A DNA stretch of 64,000 bases, taken from contig CAZTQY010000004.1 of assembly GCA_964616425.1 (NCBI GenBank), positions 46,251 to 110,250 on the forward strand. The letters run 5' to 3'. A model generated the notes under the pieces. That model worked only from the letters and a program-made list of their open reading frames with translations, was not told where the DNA came from and searched no databases. Source of the stretch: an uncultured Candidatus Saccharibacteria bacterium. Lineage in GTDB: Bacteria; Patescibacteriota; Minisyncoccia; Phycocordibacterales; DATDWN01. The position numbers and the translations under genes were made by a program. Shown in pieces: positions 19,759 to 29,975 of the stretch (positions are counted from its first letter, which is position 1; every line of letters begins with the position of its first letter).

Positions 19759-19856
19759 GCAATCTATCTAGTCCTGCTGGGCTAGCGAACTTCTCGTCGC
19801 TCAAGAAAATAATAGTCGGAGTACCTCCTTTATTTTCTAAGCTCCTGCGAAAGGCT
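19759..19856 (-). promoter_or_regulatory. leader element copy 2 (inverted) with SD and 26-codon uORF (TTG)SDEKFASPAGLDRLLIKSMVRTELK, upstream of sodA-ybjQ
   Basis: Reverse complement ~90% identical to 17144-17247. Confidence 0.5.
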
Positions 19857-19897
19857 TTTCAAAAGCATAATCCGAACGGATTCATAAAGTACTGTTA

Positions 19898-20821
19898 ATG
19901 GGTATAATATATCACATGCAAATCGTTTTCTCTCACATAAAACAACATTTACGCTGGTATATTCTACTGCTATTAATTATCTTCAATTTTACTCTTATGG
20001 GTATAATTTTGCATGAAGATCGAGAGGGAATATTGAAATTTGAGGTATTAGATATTGGGCAAGGAGACGCACTTTGGATAGAATCACCGACAGGAACTCA
20101 GGTTTTGGTAGATGGTGGTCCAAACAATGCTTTGATGAAGGAGATTCCAAATGTAATACCTTGGTATGATAGGCATATAGACATGCTTGTAGTCACAAAT
20201 CCAGACAAGGATCACTTTGAGGGTTTTATTTCACTTTTGAAAAAATATTCAGTTGATGTTGTGTTAGAACCTGGCACAAAGAACAACACGGGTACATATG
20301 ATACGTTTGAAAAAGAAGTTGCCGATAGAAAGATTCCAAAAATCTTGGCACACAGTGGCCAAGTTATAGATTTGGGTGGGGGAGCATATTTACAAGTTTT
20401 ATTTCCAGACAGGGATGTTTCTGGCCTCTCATCAAATGATGGTTCTATAGTAATGAGACTTGTTTACGGAGACACTAGTGTAATGCTCCAGGGTGACTCA
20501 ACAGCAAAAATAGAGAACTACTTAATGACTTTGGGAACAACCACATTAAAAAGCACAATACTCAAAGCCGGGCACCATGGTAGTCGAACGAGTAGTGTAA
20601 AAGAGTATGTTTCTGTTATTTCTCCTCAGTTAACCGTGGCTTCTTCGGGAATAAATAATGATTATGGGCATCCACATAAAGAGACTGTTGATACGATGAA
20701 TGGTCTAGGCATACCTTTTTATGATACGTGCAACAACGGCAGAATAGTTTTTGAGTCCAATGGAAAAGACTTCGTATTAAAAAACAAAAATCCTAAGCCA
20801 GCAGTTGTTGGGTGTAGATAG
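19898..20821 (+). CDS. ComEC/Rec2 C-terminal metallo-beta-lactamase domain protein (separate gene)
   Basis: VLDIGQGDALWIESPTGTQVLVDGG, DHFEGF; N-terminal TM anchor; separated from comEC membrane domain by two minus-strand genes. Confidence 0.7.
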   Translation: MGIIYHMQIVFSHIKQHLRWYILLLLIIFNFTLMGIILHEDREGILKFEVLDIGQGDALWIESPTGTQVLVDGGPNNALMKEIPNVIPWYDRHIDMLVVTNPDKDHFEGFISLLKKYSVDVVLEPGTKNNTGTYDTFEKEVADRKIPKILAHSGQVIDLGGGAYLQVLFPDRDVSGLSSNDGSIVMRLVYGDTSVMLQGDSTAKIENYLMTLGTTTLKSTILKAGHHGSRTSSVKEYVSVISPQLTVASSGINNDYGHPHKETVDTMNGLGIPFYDTCNNGRIVFESNGKDFVLKNKNPKPAVVGCR

Positions 20822-20869
20822 AATTGACTATAGAGTTTGTTTTGATAATGTTTTATTTAGGAGTCTTAC

Positions 20870-21088
20870 ATGTACTACAGTTTGGAGTTTGAAAGAATTG
20901 TCGGGGATAGTGTTCAACACGAAGGTTTCCTATTTTGCTTCGGTAAGAGAGCCAAAACTGTTGGAGTCGTGTCGTTAGCAAAACGTTATATTAGGAGCTT
21001 ATCAGACAATGCAAGGCTGATTAATTTCAGAGTCATATCTCCAGATGGAAAGGTTATCGACCTCTCATCTGAATATGATTTTGATTAG
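20870..21088 (+). CDS. hypothetical small protein
   Basis: 72-aa ORF followed by strong bidirectional terminator aacgaccgacccttatgggccggtcgtt (21090-21125). Confidence 0.3.
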   Translation: MYYSLEFERIVGDSVQHEGFLFCFGKRAKTVGVVSLAKRYIRSLSDNARLINFRVISPDGKVIDLSSEYDFD

Positions 21089-21141
21089 AAAAACGACCGA
21101 CCCTTATGGGCCGGTCGTTCTCAGTTTTATCTAAATAGTTT

Positions 21142-21381
21142 TTATATAACTCCAGCTTTCTTTAGTGTAGCAAATGCTCCGTTTTTCTGAATAGTCTTGA
21201 TTCCTCGAGCAGACAGAGTAACAGTGACTGATTTTTTAAGTTCAGGAATATAAATCTTCTTTTTTTGAAGGTTTGCATATCGTCTTTTCATTCCAGTTGG
21301 GTTGAACTGTGTTGCACGAGTTCTGTTAGAGTATCCTCCTCCCATCTGTGATGACTTATTTGTTACTAAGCAGATTTTTGC
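21142..21381 (-). CDS. rpmB: 50S ribosomal protein L28
   Basis: MAKICLVTNKSSQMGGGYSNRTRATQ...VTVTLSARGIKTIQKNG matches L28; start at MAKIC (18th codon of track ORF). Confidence 0.8.
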   Translation of the reverse strand, partial: AKICLVTNKSSQMGGGYSNRTRATQFNPTGMKRRYANLQKKKIYIPELKKSVTVTLSARGIKTIQKNGAFATLKKAGVI

Positions 21382-21426
21382 CATATGTTTTATTTGATTT
21401 GGATATGCTAACATAAAACCCATAAT

Positions 21427-22050
21427 ATGCAAATAGATTCAATAGGTTTTATATTTTCGATACTAATACTGATATTTTCCGTAATAGCCCATGAAGTTTC
21501 TCATGGTTATGCTGCTTATTTTCTTGGAGACAATACTGCCAAATATGCTGGTAGGTTAAACCTCAATCCTTTCAACCATTTGGAGTGGTTTGGCTCTTTT
21601 ATACTTCCAGTTATCTCATATTTGATGGGGGGCTTTATTATAGGTTGGGCAAAGCCAGTTCCTTTTAATCCATATAACCTTAGGAATCAAAGATGGGGTG
21701 AGGCAATTGTGGCTATTGCTGGACCACTGTCTAATATATGTATAGCTTTGTTTTTCGGACTACTTATACGTACAGGTATCGCTACTAGATTTGGTGAATC
21801 ATATGTATATATATCGTCTGTAATTATTTTTATAAACCTAGTTCTAGCAACATTTAACCTTGTCCCGATACCTCCTTTGGACGGTTCAAAGATCCTTTTT
21901 TCATTATTGCCTTATGATATGCGCTATATTAGAGACTTTTTGGAAAGGAATGGTTTTTTCCTTCTTTTGATATTTATATTTTTTTTCTGGCAATTTGTCG
22001 CTCCACTTGTGTCACTAGAATTTAAGCTAATAACTGGGTTAGTAGCCTAA
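21427..22050 (+). CDS. M50-like (site-2 protease family) zinc metalloprotease
   Basis: HEVSHG (HExxH) in TM helix, NLVPIPPLDGSKI second motif, multiple TM segments. Confidence 0.6.
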   Translation: MQIDSIGFIFSILILIFSVIAHEVSHGYAAYFLGDNTAKYAGRLNLNPFNHLEWFGSFILPVISYLMGGFIIGWAKPVPFNPYNLRNQRWGEAIVAIAGPLSNICIALFFGLLIRTGIATRFGESYVYISSVIIFINLVLATFNLVPIPPLDGSKILFSLLPYDMRYIRDFLERNGFFLLLIFIFFFWQFVAPLVSLEFKLITGLVA

Positions 22051-22104
22051 CCGCTTGCGTTTTTGTCTTAGATATATTAGAGTAGCAAGGTCAATTTTAA
22101 AGCA

Positions 22105-22518
22105 ATGTCAACTATAAACCAATTAATTAAACGAAAGCGAAAAACAGCTAAAACAAAGCCAAAAGCTGTTGCGTTAACTCGTGGTTTCAACACTCTTACT
22201 AACCGACCTGTATTTTACTCAGCACCATTTAAAAGAGGTGTATGTACAAAAGTAACTACAAAGACTCCAAAGAAGCCTAACTCAGCTATCCGAAAGATCG
22301 CTAGAGTTCGACTTACAAACGGAATGGAAGTTACAGCATACATCCCTGGAATGGGACACAACTTACAGGAACACTCAGTGGTTCTACTTCGAGGAGGAAA
22401 GGTAAAGGACGTTGGAGTTAGATACACTATTGTTCGAGGTATGCTTGATGCAACAGGAGTTGAGAAGAGAATGAAGGGTCGTTCTCGATACGGTGCAAAG
22501 AGACCTAAGGCTAAATAA
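22105..22518 (+). CDS. rpsL: 30S ribosomal protein S12
   Basis: Highly conserved S12 sequence ([30 protein letters not shown]). Confidence 0.95.
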   Translation: MSTINQLIKRKRKTAKTKPKAVALTRGFNTLTNRPVFYSAPFKRGVCTKVTTKTPKKPNSAIRKIARVRLTNGMEVTAYIPGMGHNLQEHSVVLLRGGKVKDVGVRYTIVRGMLDATGVEKRMKGRSRYGAKRPKAK

Positions 22519-22533
22519 TATTTAAATAATTAA

Positions 22534-23004
22534 ATGAGAAGAAAAGTAACTAACAGAAACATAGTAGGAAAGGACCATGTATACGGATCAGAGAAGATCG
22601 GTAAGTTTATTAACTATGTAATGCTAAGAGGTCAGAAGGAAACAGCTCGAGGTATTGTTTACGAAGCACTTGATTTGGTAAAGGAGAGAGCAAAAGTAGA
22701 AGACCCAATGGAGGTTCTAGAGACAGCTTTGAAAAATGCTGGACCTATGACAGAGGTTCGATCACGAAGAGTTGGTGGTGCTAACTACCAGATTCCTCGA
22801 GAGGTACGACCAGAGCGACGGTCATTCCTTTCTATGAAATGGATTATCGAAGCAGCTCGAGAAGGAAAGGGCGCTCCTATGGCCTCTAGACTAGCAGACG
22901 AGATTATCCTAGCTTCAAAGAACGAAGGAAAGGCAGCAAAGAAGAGAGAGGATACTCACAAGATGGCGGAGGCGAACAAAGCATTCGCACACTTGGCCTG
23001 GTAG
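22534..23004 (+). CDS. rpsG: 30S ribosomal protein S7
   Basis: Conserved S7 sequence throughout. Confidence 0.95.
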   Translation: MRRKVTNRNIVGKDHVYGSEKIGKFINYVMLRGQKETARGIVYEALDLVKERAKVEDPMEVLETALKNAGPMTEVRSRRVGGANYQIPREVRPERRSFLSMKWIIEAAREGKGAPMASRLADEIILASKNEGKAAKKREDTHKMAEANKAFAHLAW

Positions 23005-23010
23005 TTTTGC

Positions 23011-23128
23011 GGTCTTTTTGCCCGATTTCTGCGTTGCTAGTTTTGTTTGTTCCCGCAGAGTACTAAATGTACACTTTGGTCACAAACAAAACGTCGCGTC
23101 TTGAACTCGAACAAAAATCCTCACAAAA
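23011..23128 (+). repeat. copy B of ~120-nt conserved intergenic repeat
   Basis: Aligns with 11715-11830 and 44005-44085. Confidence 0.6.
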
Positions 23129-23190
23129 CTCATACTTTTTTCACTTGCATTATGTTAATGTTTTTGTGATATAATATTGCCAATAGAAAT

Positions 23191-23439
23191 ATGTCAGAAA
23201 TATTTAAAAATTCCTATACATTTCGTCTTTTTAAAAATGAACCTTCTTTTACTGACGGGATATCTTCTCTAATCGACAGATCACCAAATATTTTAAGATA
23301 CAACCAGGATGTAACTGAGAAAGAAGCTGATATAAATTCATTACGTGCTGATTGGTATGCAATAGGTAACGATTTGTGGAATGGAATAAAAAAATATGAG
23401 CAACAAAAACAGACAGTTTCAGCAACCCAACAATCATAA
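23191..23439 (+). CDS. hypothetical protein (possibly N-terminal part of the following gene, frame-shifted)
   Basis: 82-aa ORF preceded by extended -10 tgtgaTATAAT (23164-23174); overlaps next ORF in another frame. Confidence 0.25.
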   Translation: MSEIFKNSYTFRLFKNEPSFTDGISSLIDRSPNILRYNQDVTEKEADINSLRADWYAIGNDLWNGIKKYEQQKQTVSATQQS

Positions 23440-23824
23440 TCATAATGTTTTAATCGCTCAGAAAGCAGAGATGTTTAGTGGCCCCGTCCCTCACCCTGAG
23501 ATTATTGAGAGGTATGAAAAAATATATCCAGGTGCAGCAAAACAGATTTTCGAAGAATATGATAGACAAGTTCTACATCGACATTCAATTGAAAAAAGTG
23601 TAATAAAGACAGATAATATAAAATCCTTATTGGGAGTTATTTTCGGTTTTATCGTTGCAATGTCGACATTGATTGCTGGAGTAGTGGTTTGGATATTAAA
23701 AGGGGTGTCATTATTTGCAGGAGGACTATCTTTTTCCGGTATCGCTCTTATAGTTATTGCATTTATGGGTACGAATATGGGTACGAAATTTAAAGATGCA
23801 GGTAAAGATAAGGAGAAGAAGTAA
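23396..23824 (+). CDS. DUF2335-like membrane protein
   Basis: PHPEIIERYEKIYPGAAKQIFEEYDRQVLHRH followed by two TM helices, pattern typical of DUF2335 (often phage/mobile-associated). Confidence 0.45.
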   Translation: MSNKNRQFQQPNNHNHNVLIAQKAEMFSGPVPHPEIIERYEKIYPGAAKQIFEEYDRQVLHRHSIEKSVIKTDNIKSLLGVIFGFIVAMSTLIAGVVVWILKGVSLFAGGLSFSGIALIVIAFMGTNMGTKFKDAGKDKEKK

Positions 23825-23842
23825 TTTGCTAAAAGGAATTAC

Positions 23843-24034
23843 ATGGAAACTTTTTTTGATCTATTAAAAGACCCAGCGCATTGGGAGTTTGAGATTTTTC
23901 TCATTATTATTTTTGACGTAGTCATTGGACTTATCATTTGGCCTTTTATTCAAAAGGCTCTAGTTCACCATAAGTCAGATCATGAAAGACTAGAGGATCT
24001 AGAGAGGGAAGTAGAAGCTTTAAAAAATAAATAA
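23843..24034 (+). CDS. small membrane protein, hypothetical
   Basis: 63 aa, one TM helix, C-terminal coiled coil. Confidence 0.3.
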   Translation: METFFDLLKDPAHWEFEIFLIIIFDVVIGLIIWPFIQKALVHHKSDHERLEDLEREVEALKNK

Positions 24035-24035
24035 G

Positions 24036-24066
24036 TACGACAAAGGCCCCGATCTTCTGGGGCCTC
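24036..24066. terminator. hairpin ggccccgatcttctggggcc, terminator for minus-strand GC-rich ORF (T-run on minus strand)
   Basis: Perfect 6-bp GC stem; T-rich tail only on minus strand. Confidence 0.5.
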
Positions 24067-24088
24067 TGGTGAACTGTGTTGGGTGTGA

Positions 24089-24331
24089 CTACGCTTCGAC
24101 GATTGCGGGACTTGCCTGTTGTGCAAGCGAGAGTGTTTCAGGCTTCACCCACCCTCTTTCGTGGGTGTTCACGTATCCGCGTTCCTTGTGTCGAACGCCG
24201 ATGTGCGTGACCGTGAGTGTCTCGCCAGACTCCGTGTCGGTGACGACAACTGGCGGACAGAGTCTGGTGTTTCCGGTGACGGTGCTTGTTTCGGTTCTCG
24301 TTGCCTGAGCAACGAGCTCTTCGTTGGTCAT
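24089..24331 (-). CDS. GC-rich island ORF (hypothetical, ~80 aa)
   Basis: ~58% GC versus ~36% flanks; GGGGTGA SD 4 nt before ATG (MTNEELVAQ...); several overlapping ORFs in other frames, so strand/frame call is tentative. Confidence 0.3.
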   Translation of the reverse strand: MTNEELVAQATRTETSTVTGNTRLCPPVVVTDTESGETLTVTHIGVRHKERGYVNTHERGWVKPETLSLAQQASPAIVEA

Positions 24332-24454
24332 TCTCACCCCTGAAACTATTTCTATCACACGAGTTCTGTCATTGCAACGAGATGAGTTTTGGTATATAGT
24401 TTGAACCATTCCTATTGGGAATTTTTTTTACTCTTTATTATTATTTAATTATAT

Positions 24455-26596
24455 ATGAACCGCGATTATTCATTAGATAAAGTTCGAAACTTCGGTATTA
24501 TTGCTCACATTGACGCAGGAAAGACAACGACTTCAGAGCGTGTGCTTTTCTATACAGGTATGACTCACAAAATAGGTGAGGTGCACGAGGGAGAAACTGT
24601 GACAGACTGGATGGAACAGGAGAGAGAGCGAGGTATCACTATTACCGCGGCTGCTATTACTTGTTTCTGGAACCCGACATATATGCCAAAGGGTGCAAAG
24701 CCAGAATATCGATTTAACGTTATCGATACACCAGGTCACATCGACTTTACAGCTGAAGTGAAAAGATCTCTTCGAGTTTTGGATGGCGCGGTTGTTGTGT
24801 TCGATGGAGTGGCTGGAGTAGAGCCTCAGTCAGAAACAAACTGGCGATATGCTGATGACGGAAACGTTCCACGAATCTGTTTTATAAACAAACTAGATAG
24901 AACTGGCGCTTCTTTTGAGCGATCTTTCGCTTCTATTTTAGATAGACTTACAAAAAATGCAGTTCGAGTTCAGATACCTATTGGTCTAGAGGATAAGTTC
25001 GAAGGAGTTGTCGATCTTTTGAAAATGAAAGCTTTCTACTTTGAGGGAAATATGGGAATGACTATACGAGAAGAAGAAATCCCAGCTGACTATGTAGAGG
25101 AGGCAAAGAAATACAGAGCAGAGTTGGTGGAGAAAATCGTTGAACACGATGATGTTTTGATGGCTGCATATCTTGAAGGTAAGGAACCATCTTTTGAAGA
25201 TTTGAAGAAGACTTTAAGAGTTGCTTCATTAAAAGTAAAACTAATTCCTGTTTTTGCTGGTTCTGCACTAAAGAATAAAGGAGTTCAGTTGGTTCTCGAC
25301 GGTGTGGTTGACTATCTACCATCTCCTCTAGATATTCCTCCAGTTCACGGTATCGATCCAAAGACTGGTGGAGAAATATTTCGACATGCAGATGACAACG
25401 AGCCATTTGCAGCTCTTGCATTCAAACTTCAAAACGATCCATTCGTTGGACAACTAACTTTCTTCCGCGTTTACTCAGGAACAGTAGAGGCTGGTACATA
25501 TTTGTACAACTCAACAACAGGTGAAAAGGAGAGACTTGGACGTATTGTTCGACTACAGGCAGACAAACGAGAAGAGGTGAAAAAAGTTTTTGCTGGAGAA
25601 ATCGCAGCTGCTGTGGGACTAAAGTCTGCAAAAACATCTCATACACTTTGTGATGAAACAAGTCCAATCATCCTTGACCCTATCAAGTTCGTAGCTCCTG
25701 TGGTGTCTCTAAGAATAGAACCAAAGACAAAGGCGGACCAAGAAAAAATGGGTATGGCGCTAAAGAAACTTTCTGACGAAGATCCAACATTTGTTATTTC
25801 TTCTAACACAGAAACAGGTGAGTCAATCGTTTCAGGAATGGGAGAGCTTCACCTTGAAATCATGGTTGACAGAATGAAGCGTGAGTTCGGAGTTGAGGTT
25901 AATGTTGGTAAGCCACAAGTAGCGTACCGAGAAACTATCATGGCTTCAGCCGAGGCAGAACACAAATATATCAAGCAGACTGGAGGTAAAGGTCAGTATG
26001 GTCACGTAAAGCTGACTATCAAGCCTATGGAAAAAATAGAGGAGGGAGACAAGATTCCAAAGAATGTAAAAAGATATGAAGACTTTGAGTTCATTGACTC
26101 AATTAAGGGAGGAGTTATTCCACAAGAATTTATTCCTGCTGTTGAGAAGGGAGTATACGAGGCAATGGAAAGAGGAATTGTTGCAGGGTTTAAGATGGTA
26201 AATATTTCATGTGAACTAACATTCGGTTCATATCACGATGTAGACTCATCTGAAATCGCATATAAAATCGCAGCATCTCAGGCTTTCCAAGAAGCAGCAA
26301 AGAGAGCGAGACCAGTTATTCTAGAACCTATCATGAAAGTTGAGGCAACTATGCCAGAGCAGTTCATGGGAGATGTAACTGGATCACTGTCAGGTAAGAG
26401 AGGACAGATAGAAGGAATGGATGAGAAGGGAATGCTTCGAGTTATACATGCAAAGGTTCCTCTATCAGAAATGTTTGGATATACAACTGATATTCGATCT
26501 ATGACACAGGGAAGAGGCTCAGTTATGATGGAGTTTGATCACTATGAAGTGGTACCACCAAATGTTGAGAAACAAATTGTTGAGTCAAGAAAGTAA
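24455..26596 (+). CDS. fusA: elongation factor G
   Basis: GTP-binding motifs [18 protein letters not shown] and full EF-G domain architecture. Confidence 0.95.
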   Translation: MNRDYSLDKVRNFGIIAHIDAGKTTTSERVLFYTGMTHKIGEVHEGETVTDWMEQERERGITITAAAITCFWNPTYMPKGAKPEYRFNVIDTPGHIDFTAEVKRSLRVLDGAVVVFDGVAGVEPQSETNWRYADDGNVPRICFINKLDRTGASFERSFASILDRLTKNAVRVQIPIGLEDKFEGVVDLLKMKAFYFEGNMGMTIREEEIPADYVEEAKKYRAELVEKIVEHDDVLMAAYLEGKEPSFEDLKKTLRVASLKVKLIPVFAGSALKNKGVQLVLDGVVDYLPSPLDIPPVHGIDPKTGGEIFRHADDNEPFAALAFKLQNDPFVGQLTFFRVYSGTVEAGTYLYNSTTGEKERLGRIVRLQADKREEVKKVFAGEIAAAVGLKSAKTSHTLCDETSPIILDPIKFVAPVVSLRIEPKTKADQEKMGMALKKLSDEDPTFVISSNTETGESIVSGMGELHLEIMVDRMKREFGVEVNVGKPQVAYRETIMASAEAEHKYIKQTGGKGQYGHVKLTIKPMEKIEEGDKIPKNVKRYEDFEFIDSIKGGVIPQEFIPAVEKGVYEAMERGIVAGFKMVNISCELTFGSYHDVDSSEIAYKIAASQAFQEAAKRARPVILEPIMKVEATMPEQFMGDVTGSLSGKRGQIEGMDEKGMLRVIHAKVPLSEMFGYTTDIRSMTQGRGSVMMEFDHYEVVPPNVEKQIVESRK

Positions 26597-26689
26597 TTTT
26601 TAACTTGTAGAAGATAAATAAAAACTGCTCACAGAAATGTGAGCAGTTTTTATTGATGTTGTGTTTTAAAAACGATACAATATACACAT

Positions 26690-29629
26690 ATGGCTATAAC
26701 TTTTAGAGAAGAAGAACTAACTCCAAGTAATTTGAATCCTACTAAATTCAAAGAAGAGTTCGAGGCCGAGGTTAATGGAAAGCATAAAAACTCTGGTGAA
26801 ATTTTTACTTTTCGTAAACAACCAACAGAGATATTTCCAGATGAAGAAGCACCAGTCGATACTGGGTTGTATCATGGACCGTTAACAAAAAGACGGACAC
26901 AAATAAAAATTTTCAATGAAAGTCCAGAAGGACAGGCTATGTATAAGGACATAAGTAGCATTCTTCCTTCTAGGGAAGAATCTTTAGAAATACATAACAA
27001 AGCACTTTCTCTTGGATCAGGTGGAGAAACTCGTATGTCAAAAGATAGGAAAGATCGATTAAATAGAGAAATGGGTGTAGAAAGCAGTCAGAACGGTGGT
27101 AGTGAATACTATGACATTAGAAAATCAAAATGGAAGAAAAAAATAGATAACATAAGAAGTTTTTTAAGAAACAAATCAATTGAAGTCGGTGCACCAAAGA
27201 GCCTAAAGTCTGTTGCCGACTATTATTTAAAAGGAGAAGGGCTGACAGTTTCACAAGCTATTGATATTTTGTCCAAAGCATATAGTGAAGGACTTTTTCC
27301 TTTAGCAGATGCACAATCTTTTGAGAATGAGTTGGAGATTCCGAAAGGAGTTATTACTGGCGAAAACAAAGCAGAGCAAAAGGTTGAGAAGAAAAATTCA
27401 ACTCCAGTCGAAGCTCCAGTTGATGCCGAAACAGCGAAAGTGGATGAATCCGTAAATGAACCAGAAGTATTAGAAAGAGCTGAACCTGTGTCAGAAGTTA
27501 AAACAGAGCAAGATGTTGTCGCTGATCCTTATTTGAAAAAAGTTAAAATTTCTAGAATCATAGATATTCCAAAGCAAAAAATGAGAGCAGAGATTCCAGC
27601 AGGAGAAATAAAAATAGAAAATAAATATAGCCCCACAGCAGAGGCGGTCGTTTCTGGTATGAGAGGAGAACCTTTTAAAGAAAGTGAGATATTGAATAAA
27701 TCTAGAGTTGAACTACCAGAAAAAGAAAAAGATTTTTTTGAAAGTGAAGCCGCTATCAAGTCATATAGAGAAGGAAATATAGAAGAGGCCGAGAGTCATA
27801 TAGATAAAATATCAGATTTAAAAATCCAGGCTGAGACAGCCGGACAAATCACAGAAGAAGCAGTCAATGCTGGTAATTTTGATAATGCAGTTAAGTTCGT
27901 AGTTAGAATAAAGTATGAAAATTATTCAAAACAGTTAATGGATTGGGTAAAAAAAATGAAGTCTCAGTATTCTAAACCTGCAAAAGAAAAGTCTTCAAAG
28001 ATTAGTGAGTCTTCTGATGTTGAAAATGAAAATATAGAAAATGATCTCATTTTGAATGATCGCAGTGTAGTTGAGGTTCCGATGGATTTGGATTTAAATC
28101 CAATGCTAGACATAGTGGATGATAGTTTTAGCCTTGTGCGTGTTGAGGAAAATCCAGAGAACAAAGAGTCTGTTTTGAATGAAAAAATAAAAGAACAGAT
28201 CGCTAGAGTTAAGGTTGTTGAAAATACAAATGAAAAAGCTTATACCGAAGAACTGGCTAAGCTTAGAGTTTTGGAAAGACAAAGAGATTCTGAAAGAGCA
28301 CCAAAAACAGAGCCAAAGGTTGAATCTCCTGTTTTAGGTAATGAGTCCAAAAAAGATCTAGACGCAGAAGTTGATAGAACAAGAGAGGAGTACGCAAAGA
28401 CTTTTATTGATTGGGAAACCAAATCTCGATTTGGAAAGAGGATGTTTATTAAAACCCTTCAGAGCCTTGGAGTTATCAAACCAACACCCGCTAGACTTTC
28501 TGAAATGACTCCAGCGATGAAGGAGGCAAAAGAAGAGTATCTTGAGGCGATGAGAAAAAGGGGTATAAATCTAGAGATTGATGCAAAAAAGCTTTTGCTT
28601 AGTGAAAGATTTAATCTAGAAGAAAAATTACTTGAGTTAAGACTTGAGAAAAGTAATGAAGGAGACAAGGAGGCAAAAAGAGATGCCGGTATTATGAGTA
28701 AAGCTGTAAAAGGTTGGAAAAATAAAGATACAAAGCAAAAGGTTGTTGCTTCAGCTGTTATTTTAGGTGGCCTGGGAGTAGTTGCTGGTGGAGTTGAGCA
28801 AGGAAAGGAATATTTTGAAGGTTTGCGGGTTTATAGAAACATGACCATTCCGTCATCTCCGTCAGAATCTTTACCTGAAATAGAATCAGCACAAAAAATA
28901 AAAATACCAGAAGGATTTGAAATAGCACCTAAAAAAGTTTTTGTTAAAAATGAAATACGTACTGAAAATCCAGAGGAGAATCAAATAAAAATAGAAAAAA
29001 AAGAAGTTGTCAGTGAAATAGATGCAAAAACAGAAGGAAAAGAAGTAACTGAACCAACAGAAATTAAAAAAGATGAAATCAAGCAAGAAGAAGTTCTGCC
29101 TGTAACGCGAGAGATCAAGCCACTACCTGCACTTGAAACTAATAAAACCATAGCTAGATTTGAGCAGGCTACACATATTCCTTACGGTAATTCATTTGTA
29201 TATATCGTTGAGTTGGATAATGGAGCTAGGGCTGTAAAGTTTGATGGTGTGGAGATTGCTCATGAGCACGATAGTGAATCAGGAAAATATTTCTACCTAG
29301 ATGACCAGTATCAAGATGGTCCTATATTCAACAATATACGAGGGGCGTTTGCTACTTATTTATCTGAAGTCATTGTTGATGATCAAAAGATGTTACCACA
29401 TATCGAATTTGAGGGTGGAAGAATAGATGTACTAAAAGATCCTTCTCTAGAGGGGGGTGTTAGTGTTTTGCTAAATGGAAGGTTGGTTGCTACGGGTGCA
29501 ATTTCAGGGAAAAAAGTAAAAATATCAACACTTAAAGATCTTAAGGGTCCTTGGTTTGCAGCGGATACTGTTTACGAGCGAGCAAAGAATTTTGCTGAGA
29601 AAAGCATAAAGTCTTCACTTAAAAAATAA
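26690..29629 (+). CDS. large (979 aa) acidic, K/E-rich, low-complexity protein with one central TM helix; hypothetical
   Basis: AT-rich native composition, leaderless-type start (TACAAT then ATG), hydrophobic segment VVASAVILGGLGVVAGGV near aa 690, more ordered C-terminal ~230 aa. Confidence 0.5.
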   Translation: MAITFREEELTPSNLNPTKFKEEFEAEVNGKHKNSGEIFTFRKQPTEIFPDEEAPVDTGLYHGPLTKRRTQIKIFNESPEGQAMYKDISSILPSREESLEIHNKALSLGSGGETRMSKDRKDRLNREMGVESSQNGGSEYYDIRKSKWKKKIDNIRSFLRNKSIEVGAPKSLKSVADYYLKGEGLTVSQAIDILSKAYSEGLFPLADAQSFENELEIPKGVITGENKAEQKVEKKNSTPVEAPVDAETAKVDESVNEPEVLERAEPVSEVKTEQDVVADPYLKKVKISRIIDIPKQKMRAEIPAGEIKIENKYSPTAEAVVSGMRGEPFKESEILNKSRVELPEKEKDFFESEAAIKSYREGNIEEAESHIDKISDLKIQAETAGQITEEAVNAGNFDNAVKFVVRIKYENYSKQLMDWVKKMKSQYSKPAKEKSSKISESSDVENENIENDLILNDRSVVEVPMDLDLNPMLDIVDDSFSLVRVEENPENKESVLNEKIKEQIARVKVVENTNEKAYTEELAKLRVLERQRDSERAPKTEPKVESPVLGNESKKDLDAEVDRTREEYAKTFIDWETKSRFGKRMFIKTLQSLGVIKPTPARLSEMTPAMKEAKEEYLEAMRKRGINLEIDAKKLLLSERFNLEEKLLELRLEKSNEGDKEAKRDAGIMSKAVKGWKNKDTKQKVVASAVILGGLGVVAGGVEQGKEYFEGLRVYRNMTIPSSPSESLPEIESAQKIKIPEGFEIAPKKVFVKNEIRTENPEENQIKIEKKEVVSEIDAKTEGKEVTEPTEIKKDEIKQEEVLPVTREIKPLPALETNKTIARFEQATHIPYGNSFVYIVELDNGARAVKFDGVEIAHEHDSESGKYFYLDDQYQDGPIFNNIRGAFATYLSEVIVDDQKMLPHIEFEGGRIDVLKDPSLEGGVSVLLNGRLVATGAISGKKVKISTLKDLKGPWFAADTVYERAKNFAEKSIKSSLKK

Positions 29630-29630
29630 A

Positions 29631-29927
29631 ATGAATAGTATTCTTTCAAAAGAAATAATAAAAGAATGGGACTTACAAGGTCTTCCTATTTCTGAACAAG
29701 AAGAGATGGTTGAGCGAATAGGTCTCATATTGTACCAAGCTATACTTGTAAAATCATTGGATATACTGTCTGACAAAGAACAGGATGAATTAGACTTATT
29801 GCTAGATAAAGATGAGACTACACCCCAAATTGTTATGGCTTTTTTGAACTCAAAAATACCAACTTTTGATAAAATGGTAAATGAGGAGAAGATCAACTTG
29901 AAGAGAGATTTGTTTATGCAAGTATAG
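29631..29927 (+). CDS. hypothetical protein (98 aa), translationally coupled to upstream 979-aa ORF
   Basis: Start 2 nt after upstream stop. Confidence 0.4.
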   Translation: MNSILSKEIIKEWDLQGLPISEQEEMVERIGLILYQAILVKSLDILSDKEQDELDLLLDKDETTPQIVMAFLNSKIPTFDKMVNEEKINLKRDLFMQV

Positions 29928-29975
29928 AAAACTGTTGTTTTGGGCTATATTGATAAGCTTTCGATGAAGGGCCGG

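Noticed and set aside
24069-24343. Plus-strand ORFs 24069-24308 and 24119-24343 in the rpsG/fusA GC-rich island
   Set aside because: Competing frames in GC-rich DNA; minus-strand frame has an SD and a correctly oriented terminator hairpin, so plus-strand frames were not called.
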